DNA from: an uncultured Acidobacteriota bacterium | Lineage (GTDB): Bacteria > Acidobacteriota > Terriglobia > Terriglobales > Acidobacteriaceae | NCBI GenBank assembly: GCA_903832475.1 | Contig: CAILBQ010000461.1 | Location: forward strand, 1 to 57,114 | DNA length: 57,114 nucleotides | Direction: 5' to 3' | In this document: positions 36,160-44,677 of the stretch, piece by piece | How positions within the stretch are numbered: position 1 is the first letter of the stretch | Layout of the letters: each line of letters opens with the position of its first letter | The notes under the pieces: generated by a model | What the model was told of the DNA's origin: nothing | What the model saw: only the letters and a program-made list of their open reading frames with translations | Database searches by the model: none | Translations under genes and position numbers: made by a program

Positions 36160-36296
36160 GCGGGATCCTGGTCGTTTCCGGGGAAGGCTGGTCGAGTGAA
36201 GGATAGCAGAGGATATGTCCAAGAAACGCGACTAAGTCAGCGGATAACTTGCGACGGCATAGCGCGAAAGAGGGATGGACGCGCGAGTTTGCGGAG

Positions 36297-38714
36297 TTAC
36301 TTGGCGGAGTGGGTGAGTTTTACATTGATGCCGATGCGCGCGGTCCGGGGGTTAGCAAGGGTCAGGGTAGGGGTGCGGCCGACTTCGATGGCGCGATTGA
36401 CGAGGTTTTCGCCCGATGCGAAGAGTTCGAAGCGGGAGCCGAAGTCATGCGCCGCGAAAGCATCAAGTTTGAAGTAGCTATGCAGAAGATAGGTATTGGC
36501 GTCGTCATCGAACTGGCGGCCGGAGACGCGCGAAGCGATGTTGAGGCTGCCAATTCTTGGCCTAAATCCGCGAATCTGGAGGGTGCCCATATTGTGAGCC
36601 ACCTGAGGGATCCAGTTGCCGACGAGCTGAGGTTGCTGGGCGTACTGGGTGACGGTGGCGTTGGTGTGCTGGTAGCCGCCCTGGAAGGTGATCCAGCGAA
36701 GATCGGAGAGGGTGTGGAAGGGCTGGAGTTCGAAATCGAGAGAAACGCCGCGGCTTTCGATCTGGCCGAGGTTTTCGCGCATGAGCTTGATGGGGTTGCT
36801 GGTGGCGTCGGTGGTGAGGGCTGTGATGGGCCGGTTGACGCGGGTCCAGAAATAGGTACTTCGTACCTCTCCCCAGGTGTGCAGGGTCGCCAAACCAACT
36901 TCCCAGCCGGTGGCGCGTTCGCTGCGCAGGTAGTTGTTGGGCAGGGTGAGCAGGCTGCCTACCTGGGTGGAGCGGTAAAGCTCGTTGGGGGTGGGGGCGC
37001 GGTAGGCGCGGAAGCCGGTGGCGGAGAGGGCGAAGTGTTCGCCTAGCTTTCTGGAGACGCCGAGGCGCGGGTCGAAGACCCTTTCGGCGAGATGAGGCAG
37101 CGCGACGAGGACGGGCTCGGTGCGCACGCCGTCGAAGTTGCTGAACCAGTCGAAGCGGCCGGAGGCGCTGAGGGTCCAGGCGGCGCGGGTGAAGAGCAGT
37201 TCAGCGTAGGCGCCGGTCTGGCGCTGGCGGTCGGAGAGATCGATGGGGCTGGCGACGCCTTTGCTGATGGTGGTTTCGATGTCATGGGCGCGCACGTCGT
37301 GGGTGTCGGCTCCGACGACGTAGAGTAGGCCGGGGCCGAGGACGCGGGTGGCGAGAGGCTGGGACCAGTGCAGGACGGCGCCGAGCTCGTCGTCGGGGGT
37401 GCGAGCGAAGCGGTTCAGAACTTCGCCGTCGCGGGGCTGGTTGGTGCTGAGGATGGTGGAGAAGGTCTGGCGGTAGTGCTCGGCGGAGCCGTAGGCGCGG
37501 AAGGTAAGCGTCCCGCTGCGCGGTCCGTTCCAGTCGGCGCCGGTGGCGTAGCGCCAGAGGCGGGTGCCGTTGGATTGGAGGGGGGTACCGTTGGCGCGAG
37601 CTTCGTTCATGGCGCTGGTGCGGAGGAAGAGACGGAGCGGCTGGGCAGCGGCGGGCGTGGAGGCGCCGAATGTGCGATCGAGGAGGACCAGGCCGTTTTG
37701 CGCGTGGACGTTGGAGTTGGTGTCCACTGGACCGCGGGCGGCGGGGGCGAGCTGGATGAAGCCGTCGGTGCCGAGGACGCCGCCGGTGGCGAGCAATCCC
37801 CAGGGACCAGGATGCGCGGAGAGGAAGAGGCTGTTCTGGTAGGTGTTTTCCGAGCCGTAGCTGGATTTCAGTTCGGCGAGGTTGGAGGTGGGCCGGGCGG
37901 GGAGAACGTTGACTACGCCGCCGATGGCAGAGGAGCCATACAGATCGCTGGCGCCGCCGCGGACGACTTCGATGGAGCGGATGGAAAGCTCAGGTGGTTC
38001 TTCCCAGTGGATCCAGCCGCCGAAAGCGTCGTTCAGGGGGATATCATCTTCGGTGACCAGGGTGCGGCTGGCGGAAGTGCTCCCCAGTCCGCGCAGGCTG
38101 AGGCCCTGGGAAGAGGGATTGGCGACGAGCGAACTGGAGCGGCGGAAGGTTTCGAGACCGGGAACCTGGCGGAGCTGGCCGTCGAGGGTGACGGGGGCGG
38201 ATTGCTGCAATTCCTGCTGGCTGAGGGTGCGGGTGGAGACGGGGCTTTCGAGGTCGCCGAGCGGGGCACGGTAGGCGGTGACGGAAACGGTCTCGCTTGC
38301 TCCGGCGAGCTGGAGCACCACAGTGTCGGCTTGCCAGCTCACGGTACGAGGTGAAAATCCGTCGGCTTCAACGATGAGCTGTTCCGTGAATTCGCAATTG
38401 GAACAGGTTGAGACCAGGCGTCCGTTGGAGTCGGTTGTGCCGACCAGTTTGCCGCGTGCGCCGGAGGGGATTGTGTCGTAGACGTGGGCTCCTGAAATCG
38501 GGGCGCCAGTGGAGTCGACCAGCCGGGTCAGCGAATTTGGTATTGGCGGCATGGGCTCAGGGCCAGTCACGATGGTGGCGCGATCATTGACGACGGGCGC
38601 TGGCGCCTGGGCGATGCCGGCGGTATCGCCTGTCGCGAGCACGAACGCAATCGGAATGAGGATGCGGAAGCGGACAGGCACGGTCAAAGCGATTCGAAGT
38701 TTTTCAGTCCGCAT
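36297..38714 (-). CDS. TonB-dependent receptor
   Basis: ETVSVTA TonB-box-like segment, plug motifs LSLRGLG and IEVVRGGASDLYGSSAIGGVVN, C-terminal ENLVN...PRT-x-x-IG. Confidence 0.92.
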   Translation of the reverse strand: MRTEKLRIALTVPVRFRILIPIAFVLATGDTAGIAQAPAPVVNDRATIVTGPEPMPPIPNSLTRLVDSTGAPISGAHVYDTIPSGARGKLVGTTDSNGRLVSTCSNCEFTEQLIVEADGFSPRTVSWQADTVVLQLAGASETVSVTAYRAPLGDLESPVSTRTLSQQELQQSAPVTLDGQLRQVPGLETFRRSSSLVANPSSQGLSLRGLGSTSASRTLVTEDDIPLNDAFGGWIHWEEPPELSIRSIEVVRGGASDLYGSSAIGGVVNVLPARPTSNLAELKSSYGSENTYQNSLFLSAHPGPWGLLATGGVLGTDGFIQLAPAARGPVDTNSNVHAQNGLVLLDRTFGASTPAAAQPLRLFLRTSAMNEARANGTPLQSNGTRLWRYATGADWNGPRSGTLTFRAYGSAEHYRQTFSTILSTNQPRDGEVLNRFARTPDDELGAVLHWSQPLATRVLGPGLLYVVGADTHDVRAHDIETTISKGVASPIDLSDRQRQTGAYAELLFTRAAWTLSASGRFDWFSNFDGVRTEPVLVALPHLAERVFDPRLGVSRKLGEHFALSATGFRAYRAPTPNELYRSTQVGSLLTLPNNYLRSERATGWEVGLATLHTWGEVRSTYFWTRVNRPITALTTDATSNPIKLMRENLGQIESRGVSLDFELQPFHTLSDLRWITFQGGYQHTNATVTQYAQQPQLVGNWIPQVAHNMGTLQIRGFRPRIGSLNIASRVSGRQFDDDANTYLLHSYFKLDAFAAHDFGSRFELFASGENLVNRAIEVGRTPTLTLANPRTARIGINVKLTHSAK

Positions 38715-39180
38715 GAGGGAAGTCTCCCAGCAATTGTCCCATGGTTTTCCTTAAGACGGGATGAACGAGGTGGGGTGCTATCTGCGCCAAAGGTGTTAAA
38801 ACGAAACTGCGCTGGTGCATGCGGGGGTGGGGAATCTGCAAATCGGGTGTATCGAGGACCAGATCGTCGCAGAGGAGTATGTCGAGGTCCAGGGTGCGGG
38901 GACCATTGGGGATGCCGTGGGAGCGGTCTCGGCCGAAATCACGTTCGACGGCGAGAAGCCGGTCGAGGAGAGCGCGGGGCTGGAGGCTGGTTTCGAGGAG
39001 GGCGGCGGCGTTGAGAAAGGCGGGTTGGTCGGCAAAACCGACTGGGGCTGTTTCGTAATAGCTGGAAACCGCGATGACCTGGCCCAGTTCTGCAAGGCGA
39101 AGCACAGCAGCGTCGAGGGTCTGACGCGGTGAGCCGGCGGGGCTGGGGAGGTTGGAGCCGAGGGCTAGGGCAGTGAGCAT
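38704..39180 (-). CDS. folK: 2-amino-4-hydroxy-6-hydroxymethyldihydropteridine diphosphokinase
   Basis: ALGSNL, YET-x-PVG, FLNAA, GPRTLDLDIL, PHPRMHQRSFVL. Confidence 0.97.
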   Translation of the reverse strand: MLTALALGSNLPSPAGSPRQTLDAAVLRLAELGQVIAVSSYYETAPVGFADQPAFLNAAALLETSLQPRALLDRLLAVERDFGRDRSHGIPNGPRTLDLDILLCDDLVLDTPDLQIPHPRMHQRSFVLTPLAQIAPHLVHPVLRKTMGQLLGDFPHAD

Positions 39181-39250
39181 GAGGCTAGGACACAGGGGGC
39201 TAGGGACTTCGGTTGTCGTTGGCCGAAATCGTGTTGTGATCGTGAACGTT

Positions 39251-40354
39251 TCATGGGGCGGCGGGGGTGGCGAATTCGGTGGACTTGCGTTTGCCGCCGA
39301 AGTTGCGGTTGAGGAATTTGACAAGGGGCCGTTCGCCGTAAAGGTGGAAGACCAAGGCCAGAAGTACGGAAAGGGTCACGCCGACGAAGGCGCCGGTCGC
39401 GGTATCCCTGCGCAGCCAGGCGTGGCGAGGACCGAGAATGCGGTCGATGGAATATTCGCAGTAGGGATGGATGAGGTACAGGATGTAGCTGGCATCCCCG
39501 ACGAGGACCAGGCTGGTGAAGCGCGTGTCCCATCCTTCCTGGGAGAGGACGCTGGCCGAGGTCACGAGCAGGAACGAGGGGACGCCGAGCAGGAGAGAGC
39601 GGGGAAGAGAAATCGGCGGCAGGACGGCCTGGATGGCGACGATGAGGAGGAGGCTGAGCAGGCAGAGCAGAAGAGCGGGGACGCGGAGCCGGCGGCCGGC
39701 GGCACCGGTGACAGCCCGACTGGCGTAGTAGCCGAGGATGCCGAGGAGGAATTCGAGGCTGAGGTCGCGCGAATAGAAGGCGGCCAGGACGTTGCTGTCG
39801 CGGAAAGGCAGGCAGGCCAGCAAAGTGAGCAGGACCAGCACAGCCCCGAAGGTGACGGAGGGGATGCGGAACGCCCATCGCTTGTGAAAAAGAATGCCGA
39901 TGGCTAGAGCGAGGTAGAAGAACATTTCGTAGTTGAGGCTCCAACCGATGAAGAGGAGGGGCTGAATGACGTCGCCGTACTTGGCGAAAGGGATGAACAA
40001 CAGACTCTTGAACAGTTCGACGTAGCTGGCGCGGGTAGAACCCATGAGGGCGGGCATGCGCAGAGACGCGGCGAAGAGCAGCAGCGTGAAAAACCAGTAG
40101 GGTGGCACGATGCGCAGGATGCGGCGGCGCAGGAAGAAGTCGCCGACGTGGGCGCCAGGGCCTAGGGTCGGCTGCAACCGGTCATCGAGGATGCGGGCCA
40201 TGATATAGCCGCTGATGACAAAGAAAACGTCGACGCCATACGAGCCAAAGATCTTCAGGTGCGGAAAGACGAAACCGGTATGAAAGACCACGACAGACAG
40301 GGCGGCGAATGCGCGAAGAACCTGGATGTTGTTGAGTTTGGAGTTGGTCTTCAA
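39251..40354 (-). CDS. Acyltransferase family 3 (OafA/ExoZ-like) membrane O-acyltransferase
   Basis: IQVLRAFAALSVVVFH, GVDVFFVISGYIM, RR-x-x-RI-x-PPY, GWSLNYEMFFY, GDASY-x-LYL-x-H, ERP. Confidence 0.93.
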   Translation of the reverse strand: MKTNSKLNNIQVLRAFAALSVVVFHTGFVFPHLKIFGSYGVDVFFVISGYIMARILDDRLQPTLGPGAHVGDFFLRRRILRIVPPYWFFTLLLFAASLRMPALMGSTRASYVELFKSLLFIPFAKYGDVIQPLLFIGWSLNYEMFFYLALAIGILFHKRWAFRIPSVTFGAVLVLLTLLACLPFRDSNVLAAFYSRDLSLEFLLGILGYYASRAVTGAAGRRLRVPALLLCLLSLLLIVAIQAVLPPISLPRSLLLGVPSFLLVTSASVLSQEGWDTRFTSLVLVGDASYILYLIHPYCEYSIDRILGPRHAWLRRDTATGAFVGVTLSVLLALVFHLYGERPLVKFLNRNFGGKRKSTEFATPAAP

Positions 40355-40543
40355 CGCGAGCCTCTTGGTTGGCTTCCGGGGTGGAGCGGGCGCAGGGGCC
40401 TGGATTCAGCCTAGCATTGCGGGCGGAAGGGAGAACTCTGCGAATCTGCTTTGACAGCAGGGGTATGCCGTGCTTTGATTCAATCCGAGTTTCCCTCCCT
40501 TCCCCCATGAAACGAAATCGCGCGCTTCACGGCTATAGCAGGT

Positions 40544-43500
40544 GTGATGCGCGAACAAATCGAAAACGAGGCCGGCATGAAGAAACAGTCCCCCGAGCAT
40601 GTGCGGATGTATGCAGAGCCGAGCGAGATGTATTGCCGGCGGTTGGCGGAAGTGGCTTTTGCAATGTACGCCGGCAAGGTCGTGGCGAGCGATACGGGGT
40701 CGGTCGAGACCAATCCGTCGAGTTGTCAGGCGGTGTTCAAGAGGATGCTTCGGGTGGAGGACCAGGGCGCCGGGATCGGGCTGCTGACCAAGGCGCTGCT
40801 GGAGGACGCGAAGCTGCAGCAATACCTGGCGGTGCTGACTGACTACGTTCCCAGCAAGTGGCTGCTGGAGCAGGAACGTTCGGCAAAAAAAGAGTGGGAC
40901 GGGAAGGGCGATATCTTCGAGGCCGTGGCGGAGCGCGGCCTGCTGGGTGTTTCGATGTCGGGCGGTGGGATACGCAGCGCGACGTTCAACCTGGGAGTTC
41001 TGCAAGCCTTGGCGCAACTCGGGATGCTGCCGCGGATCGACTATCTGTCTTCTGTTTCGGGCGGGGGGTATATTCACCAGTTTCTGGGAGGGTGGCTGCT
41101 GCGCGATCCGAATGGTCAGGACGGCGTCATTCGCAAGATGGTTCCACAGGCCGAGCCGGGCTGCCTGCCGCGTTCGCCGGAACCGATCAAATGGCTGGTG
41201 CGGTACGCGAGCTACCTGACGCCGAAGCGAGGGTGGTTCACCGCCGATACATGGACGCTGGTTTCGATCTGGGTGCGAAATACGGTGCTGAACCAGATTC
41301 CGATCGTGACCGGGTTTGCTGCGGCGTTTTTCTTTCTGCACCTGCTGCTGCCCGTATCGATTTTTGGCCGCAGTACATCGGGAACAGGATCAGACGGGGG
41401 CAGCGGGCTGGAGCGACTGGCGATGTGGGGAATCGTTGCGCTGGCTGCGGCGATTTTTTCTCTAGGAATGCTGGGCATGAACCTCTACCGCCAACTACGC
41501 ATTGGCAATGAAGGGGATGGGTCGGTGGCCAAACATGAGGAGGCAAACCGGAAACGGGCAGCCAAGCTGCTGACGAATGCGGGTGTGCAATGGGGAATCA
41601 TCGTGCCATGGCTGGGGTGCGCACTATGGGTGACCTTCTGGGCGCAGTTGCACCGTGAGGACATGTGGGGTCCTACCGCCCCGCTGGTGCTGAGCTGCGG
41701 CATGGTGCTGGTGCTGGTCATGATGGTGATCGCGCTGGGCGGATCGTGGGGCGCTTTCCTCAAACTGCATACCGGTCCCCGAGGGAGTGCCCCCAGCATG
41801 GGGCTGCGAGTGCTGGCCATCATGGGCTTTGTGCTGATCGGTTGTCTTACGACAGCGACCGCATGCTTGCTGGGCTGGGGTTTTGTGGAAGGCAGCAGGC
41901 ATCTGGCGCTGTGGTTGAGCCATGTGAGCTGGCTGGAGGTGGTCGATCGCGGGATGGCCGTGGTGGGGAAGATTCTCAAGGCGCTGGTGCCCAAGGCCGC
42001 GGAAATGGCGACATCCCTTCGAGAGGGTGCGACGAACGGCGCTTCGGCGAGCCAGCAGCACCCTGGCACGCATGTGCCTTTGTCGATCGATCCGTGGCGG
42101 ATTCAGTTAATGATCTTGCCGCCGGCGCTGCTGAGTGTTCCGTATGTTGCGGTTGAGTTGACTCTCGGGTTGCTGGGGAGAGATTTTTCCGACACGCGGC
42201 GCGAATGGCTGGCTCGGCTACGGGCGTGGTCGCTGTTGTTCGGCGTGATGTGGGCCGGCGTGGTGGCGCTGGCGCTGCTGGGGCCATACGCCATCTACTT
42301 TCTGATTGGCACGGGCGTGGTGGGAACCTCGAGCACGTTGATCGCATTCGTCGTGACGCACCTGACTGCCATCTTTGCGAGCTGGAGCGGGAAAGGAGAC
42401 GGGAAGCCGACGGATAAAGGGATCCTGGGATTCAAACCAGTGGACTTTGTGGCGCTGATTGCCGGTCCGATTGCCATGGCGAGCATGCTGATCGTGGTTT
42501 CTTTCGCGGTCTCGCTGGAGGCCGATGCACTTACGATCCTGCTGAAAGCCCTGGACGTAAGGCTCGGGCATTACTGGTTGGCGCTGCTCATTGGCGGCAT
42601 TGTGAATCTGGTGGTGATGGGGATGTTTGCGTGGCGGGTGGATATCAACGAGTTCTCGATGATCTCGTTTTATCGCAACCGGCTGACGCGCTGTTATCTG
42701 GGCGCAACGCTGAACAATCGGCAGCCCGATCCTTTCACGGGCTTTGACGATCGCACCAAGGTGAGCCGGAGGAAGCTACCGGACCAGACCATTCCGCCGC
42801 GGGTGCGGGACATGCTGCCCAAGGGTTACGCGGCGCTGGGCGTCAACGAAAAGGGTGAGCGCGAGGAAGGGCTCTATGAAGGGCCGTTTCCGATCTTCTG
42901 TACGACGTTGAATTTGACGACGGGCAAGGAACTGGCCACACAGGAGCGAAAGGGCGCGAGTTTCACGTTTACGCCTCTGTATTCGGGATATAGCGTGTCG
43001 TGGACGCAGGGCAAGCATGGCGAGGTGAGCCTGAATGGATTCGTGCCGACCGAGGAGTATGCCTATCGTGAGAAGGGCATCCACGTGGATACGGCGGTTG
43101 CGGTTTCGGGGGCGGCGGTTAATCCCAACATGGGATACAACAGCAACCCGGTGCTGGCGTTTCTGATGACGTTTTTCAACGTGCGGCTGGGGTGGTGGAT
43201 CACCAATCCGCGGCGGCGCAAGGACTGGCGAGCGACCAGTGGACGTCCGACGCCGAATTTCCCTGGGTATTGGCTGCTGCATGAGTTGTTCGGGTCAGTG
43301 GATGACGCTTCGCAATACGTCAACCTGAGCGACGGCGGACACTTTGACAACATGGGCTTATACGAGCTGGTGAGGCGGCGGTGCAAGTACATTATCGTTA
43401 GCGATGCGGAAGCCGATCCGGAGATGAAGTTCGAAGGCATGGGCACGGCGATTGCGAAGTGCCGCATGGATTTTGGCGTGGAGATCGACCTGGATCTGCG

Positions 43501-44383
43501 GCCCCTGCGTATTGGTGCAGATGGGTACAGCGGGGCGCATTGCGTGGTGGGAACGATCCAGTATCCGCCGCCCAAGGAAGAGACGGGCGACTATGGGGCG
43601 AATGGTCCGCGGGGTTGCGAATGCCTGCAGGAGGCCGGCGACGATAAGTACACCGGCATTCTGCTGTACATGAAGACTTCGCTGGTGGGGGACGAACCGG
43701 CCGACCTGATGGCCTACAAGCTGAGGCACGATGTGTTTCCCCATGACATGACGGGGAACCAGTGGTTTACCGAGACGCAGTTTGAGAGCTACCGGTGCCT
43801 GGGGCATCATGTAGCCATGACGGCCATTCAGCCGGCGCTTTCGCCGCGCGAAACGCGGTTGCCGAGCGGCGCGGGAAGGGAGCAGTCAGCCTTCGAAATT
43901 GATGCGCTGTTTCACCGGATGTATTCGATCTGGTATCCGCGAACGCCGGAGATGGAGAAGCATCTCAGCGAACATTTGAAGGGCTTTGAAGGGATTCTGG
44001 CCGACTTGCGGGCGCGGCCGGAGTTGGCGGGCTTGGAAGCAGCGTTAAACGATCCGCGTCCGACGTCGGAGGTAACGCTGGTGAACTGGACAGCGCCGAG
44101 TTCCGCCACGATGACAGCGGAGGCAAGCCGGGCGTATGCACTGCAATTCGCGCATTCCATGCTGGGATTTATGTACACGGTGTATACGAATCTCGAGCTG
44201 GCATTTCCGGATAACCGTGTGTCTCCGCATGCGGATTGGTGGATGTGTTTGTTCCGGCGGTGGTGCCGAGTGGGCCTGGTGCAGGATGCGTGGGTACAGC
44301 ATGTGCCGATGTTCCCGACGGAGTTTCGGCTGTTTGCGCGGAGGGAATTGAGGCTGCCGCCGCGGGGGACGTATGTGGAGTAG
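40544..44383 (+). CDS. Large multi-TM patatin/cPLA2-like phospholipase
   Basis: SGGGIRSA oxyanion loop, SSVSGG nucleophile (Ser172), LSDGGHFDN (Asp930); long hydrophobic insertion between them. Confidence 0.85.
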   Translation: MMREQIENEAGMKKQSPEHVRMYAEPSEMYCRRLAEVAFAMYAGKVVASDTGSVETNPSSCQAVFKRMLRVEDQGAGIGLLTKALLEDAKLQQYLAVLTDYVPSKWLLEQERSAKKEWDGKGDIFEAVAERGLLGVSMSGGGIRSATFNLGVLQALAQLGMLPRIDYLSSVSGGGYIHQFLGGWLLRDPNGQDGVIRKMVPQAEPGCLPRSPEPIKWLVRYASYLTPKRGWFTADTWTLVSIWVRNTVLNQIPIVTGFAAAFFFLHLLLPVSIFGRSTSGTGSDGGSGLERLAMWGIVALAAAIFSLGMLGMNLYRQLRIGNEGDGSVAKHEEANRKRAAKLLTNAGVQWGIIVPWLGCALWVTFWAQLHREDMWGPTAPLVLSCGMVLVLVMMVIALGGSWGAFLKLHTGPRGSAPSMGLRVLAIMGFVLIGCLTTATACLLGWGFVEGSRHLALWLSHVSWLEVVDRGMAVVGKILKALVPKAAEMATSLREGATNGASASQQHPGTHVPLSIDPWRIQLMILPPALLSVPYVAVELTLGLLGRDFSDTRREWLARLRAWSLLFGVMWAGVVALALLGPYAIYFLIGTGVVGTSSTLIAFVVTHLTAIFASWSGKGDGKPTDKGILGFKPVDFVALIAGPIAMASMLIVVSFAVSLEADALTILLKALDVRLGHYWLALLIGGIVNLVVMGMFAWRVDINEFSMISFYRNRLTRCYLGATLNNRQPDPFTGFDDRTKVSRRKLPDQTIPPRVRDMLPKGYAALGVNEKGEREEGLYEGPFPIFCTTLNLTTGKELATQERKGASFTFTPLYSGYSVSWTQGKHGEVSLNGFVPTEEYAYREKGIHVDTAVAVSGAAVNPNMGYNSNPVLAFLMTFFNVRLGWWITNPRRRKDWRATSGRPTPNFPGYWLLHELFGSVDDASQYVNLSDGGHFDNMGLYELVRRRCKYIIVSDAEADPEMKFEGMGTAIAKCRMDFGVEIDLDLRPLRIGADGYSGAHCVVGTIQYPPPKEETGDYGANGPRGCECLQEAGDDKYTGILLYMKTSLVGDEPADLMAYKLRHDVFPHDMTGNQWFTETQFESYRCLGHHVAMTAIQPALSPRETRLPSGAGREQSAFEIDALFHRMYSIWYPRTPEMEKHLSEHLKGFEGILADLRARPELAGLEAALNDPRPTSEVTLVNWTAPSSATMTAEASRAYALQFAHSMLGFMYTVYTNLELAFPDNRVSPHADWWMCLFRRWCRVGLVQDAWVQHVPMFPTEFRLFARRELRLPPRGTYVE

Positions 44384-44548
44384 GCGCTGGCGGCTTTGAG
44401 CGGGATGCTTTGCGGAAGGTGGGCGGTTTTGCGCAATCTCGCTTACGAGTAAGGTGGGATCAATCGCATTTGCAATTTGCGAAGGAGCGAAGAGAGGGAG
44501 ACCGACTTCTTGGCGGCGCGCTGGTAACAGACAAAAGCAGGGACAAAG

Positions 44549-44583
44549 GCAACCGCAGATCCTTCACTTCGTTCAGGATGACA
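44549..44583 (+). repeat. REP-like family D element
   Basis: GCAACCGCAGATCCTTCACTTCGTTCAGGATGACA. Confidence 0.8.
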
Positions 44584-44677
44584 AAACGGTATTGGGTGAT
44601 ATCAGGTCCCGGGAAGAGGGCTTCCTTGCTCTGCTCGCGTTCACTATGACGCAATTGTTGACGGGCAGCTTCATTCC

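Noticed and set aside
39251-44383. Patatin locus as a CBASS/Pycsar/Thoeris defence operon
   Set aside because: No nucleotide cyclase, TIR, SIR2 or other partner gene nearby; kept only as a stand-alone hypothesis
6577-44583. REP-like hairpins as tRNAs or IS ends
   Set aside because: No cloverleaf or T-loop consensus, no transposase between copies, and no target duplications seen
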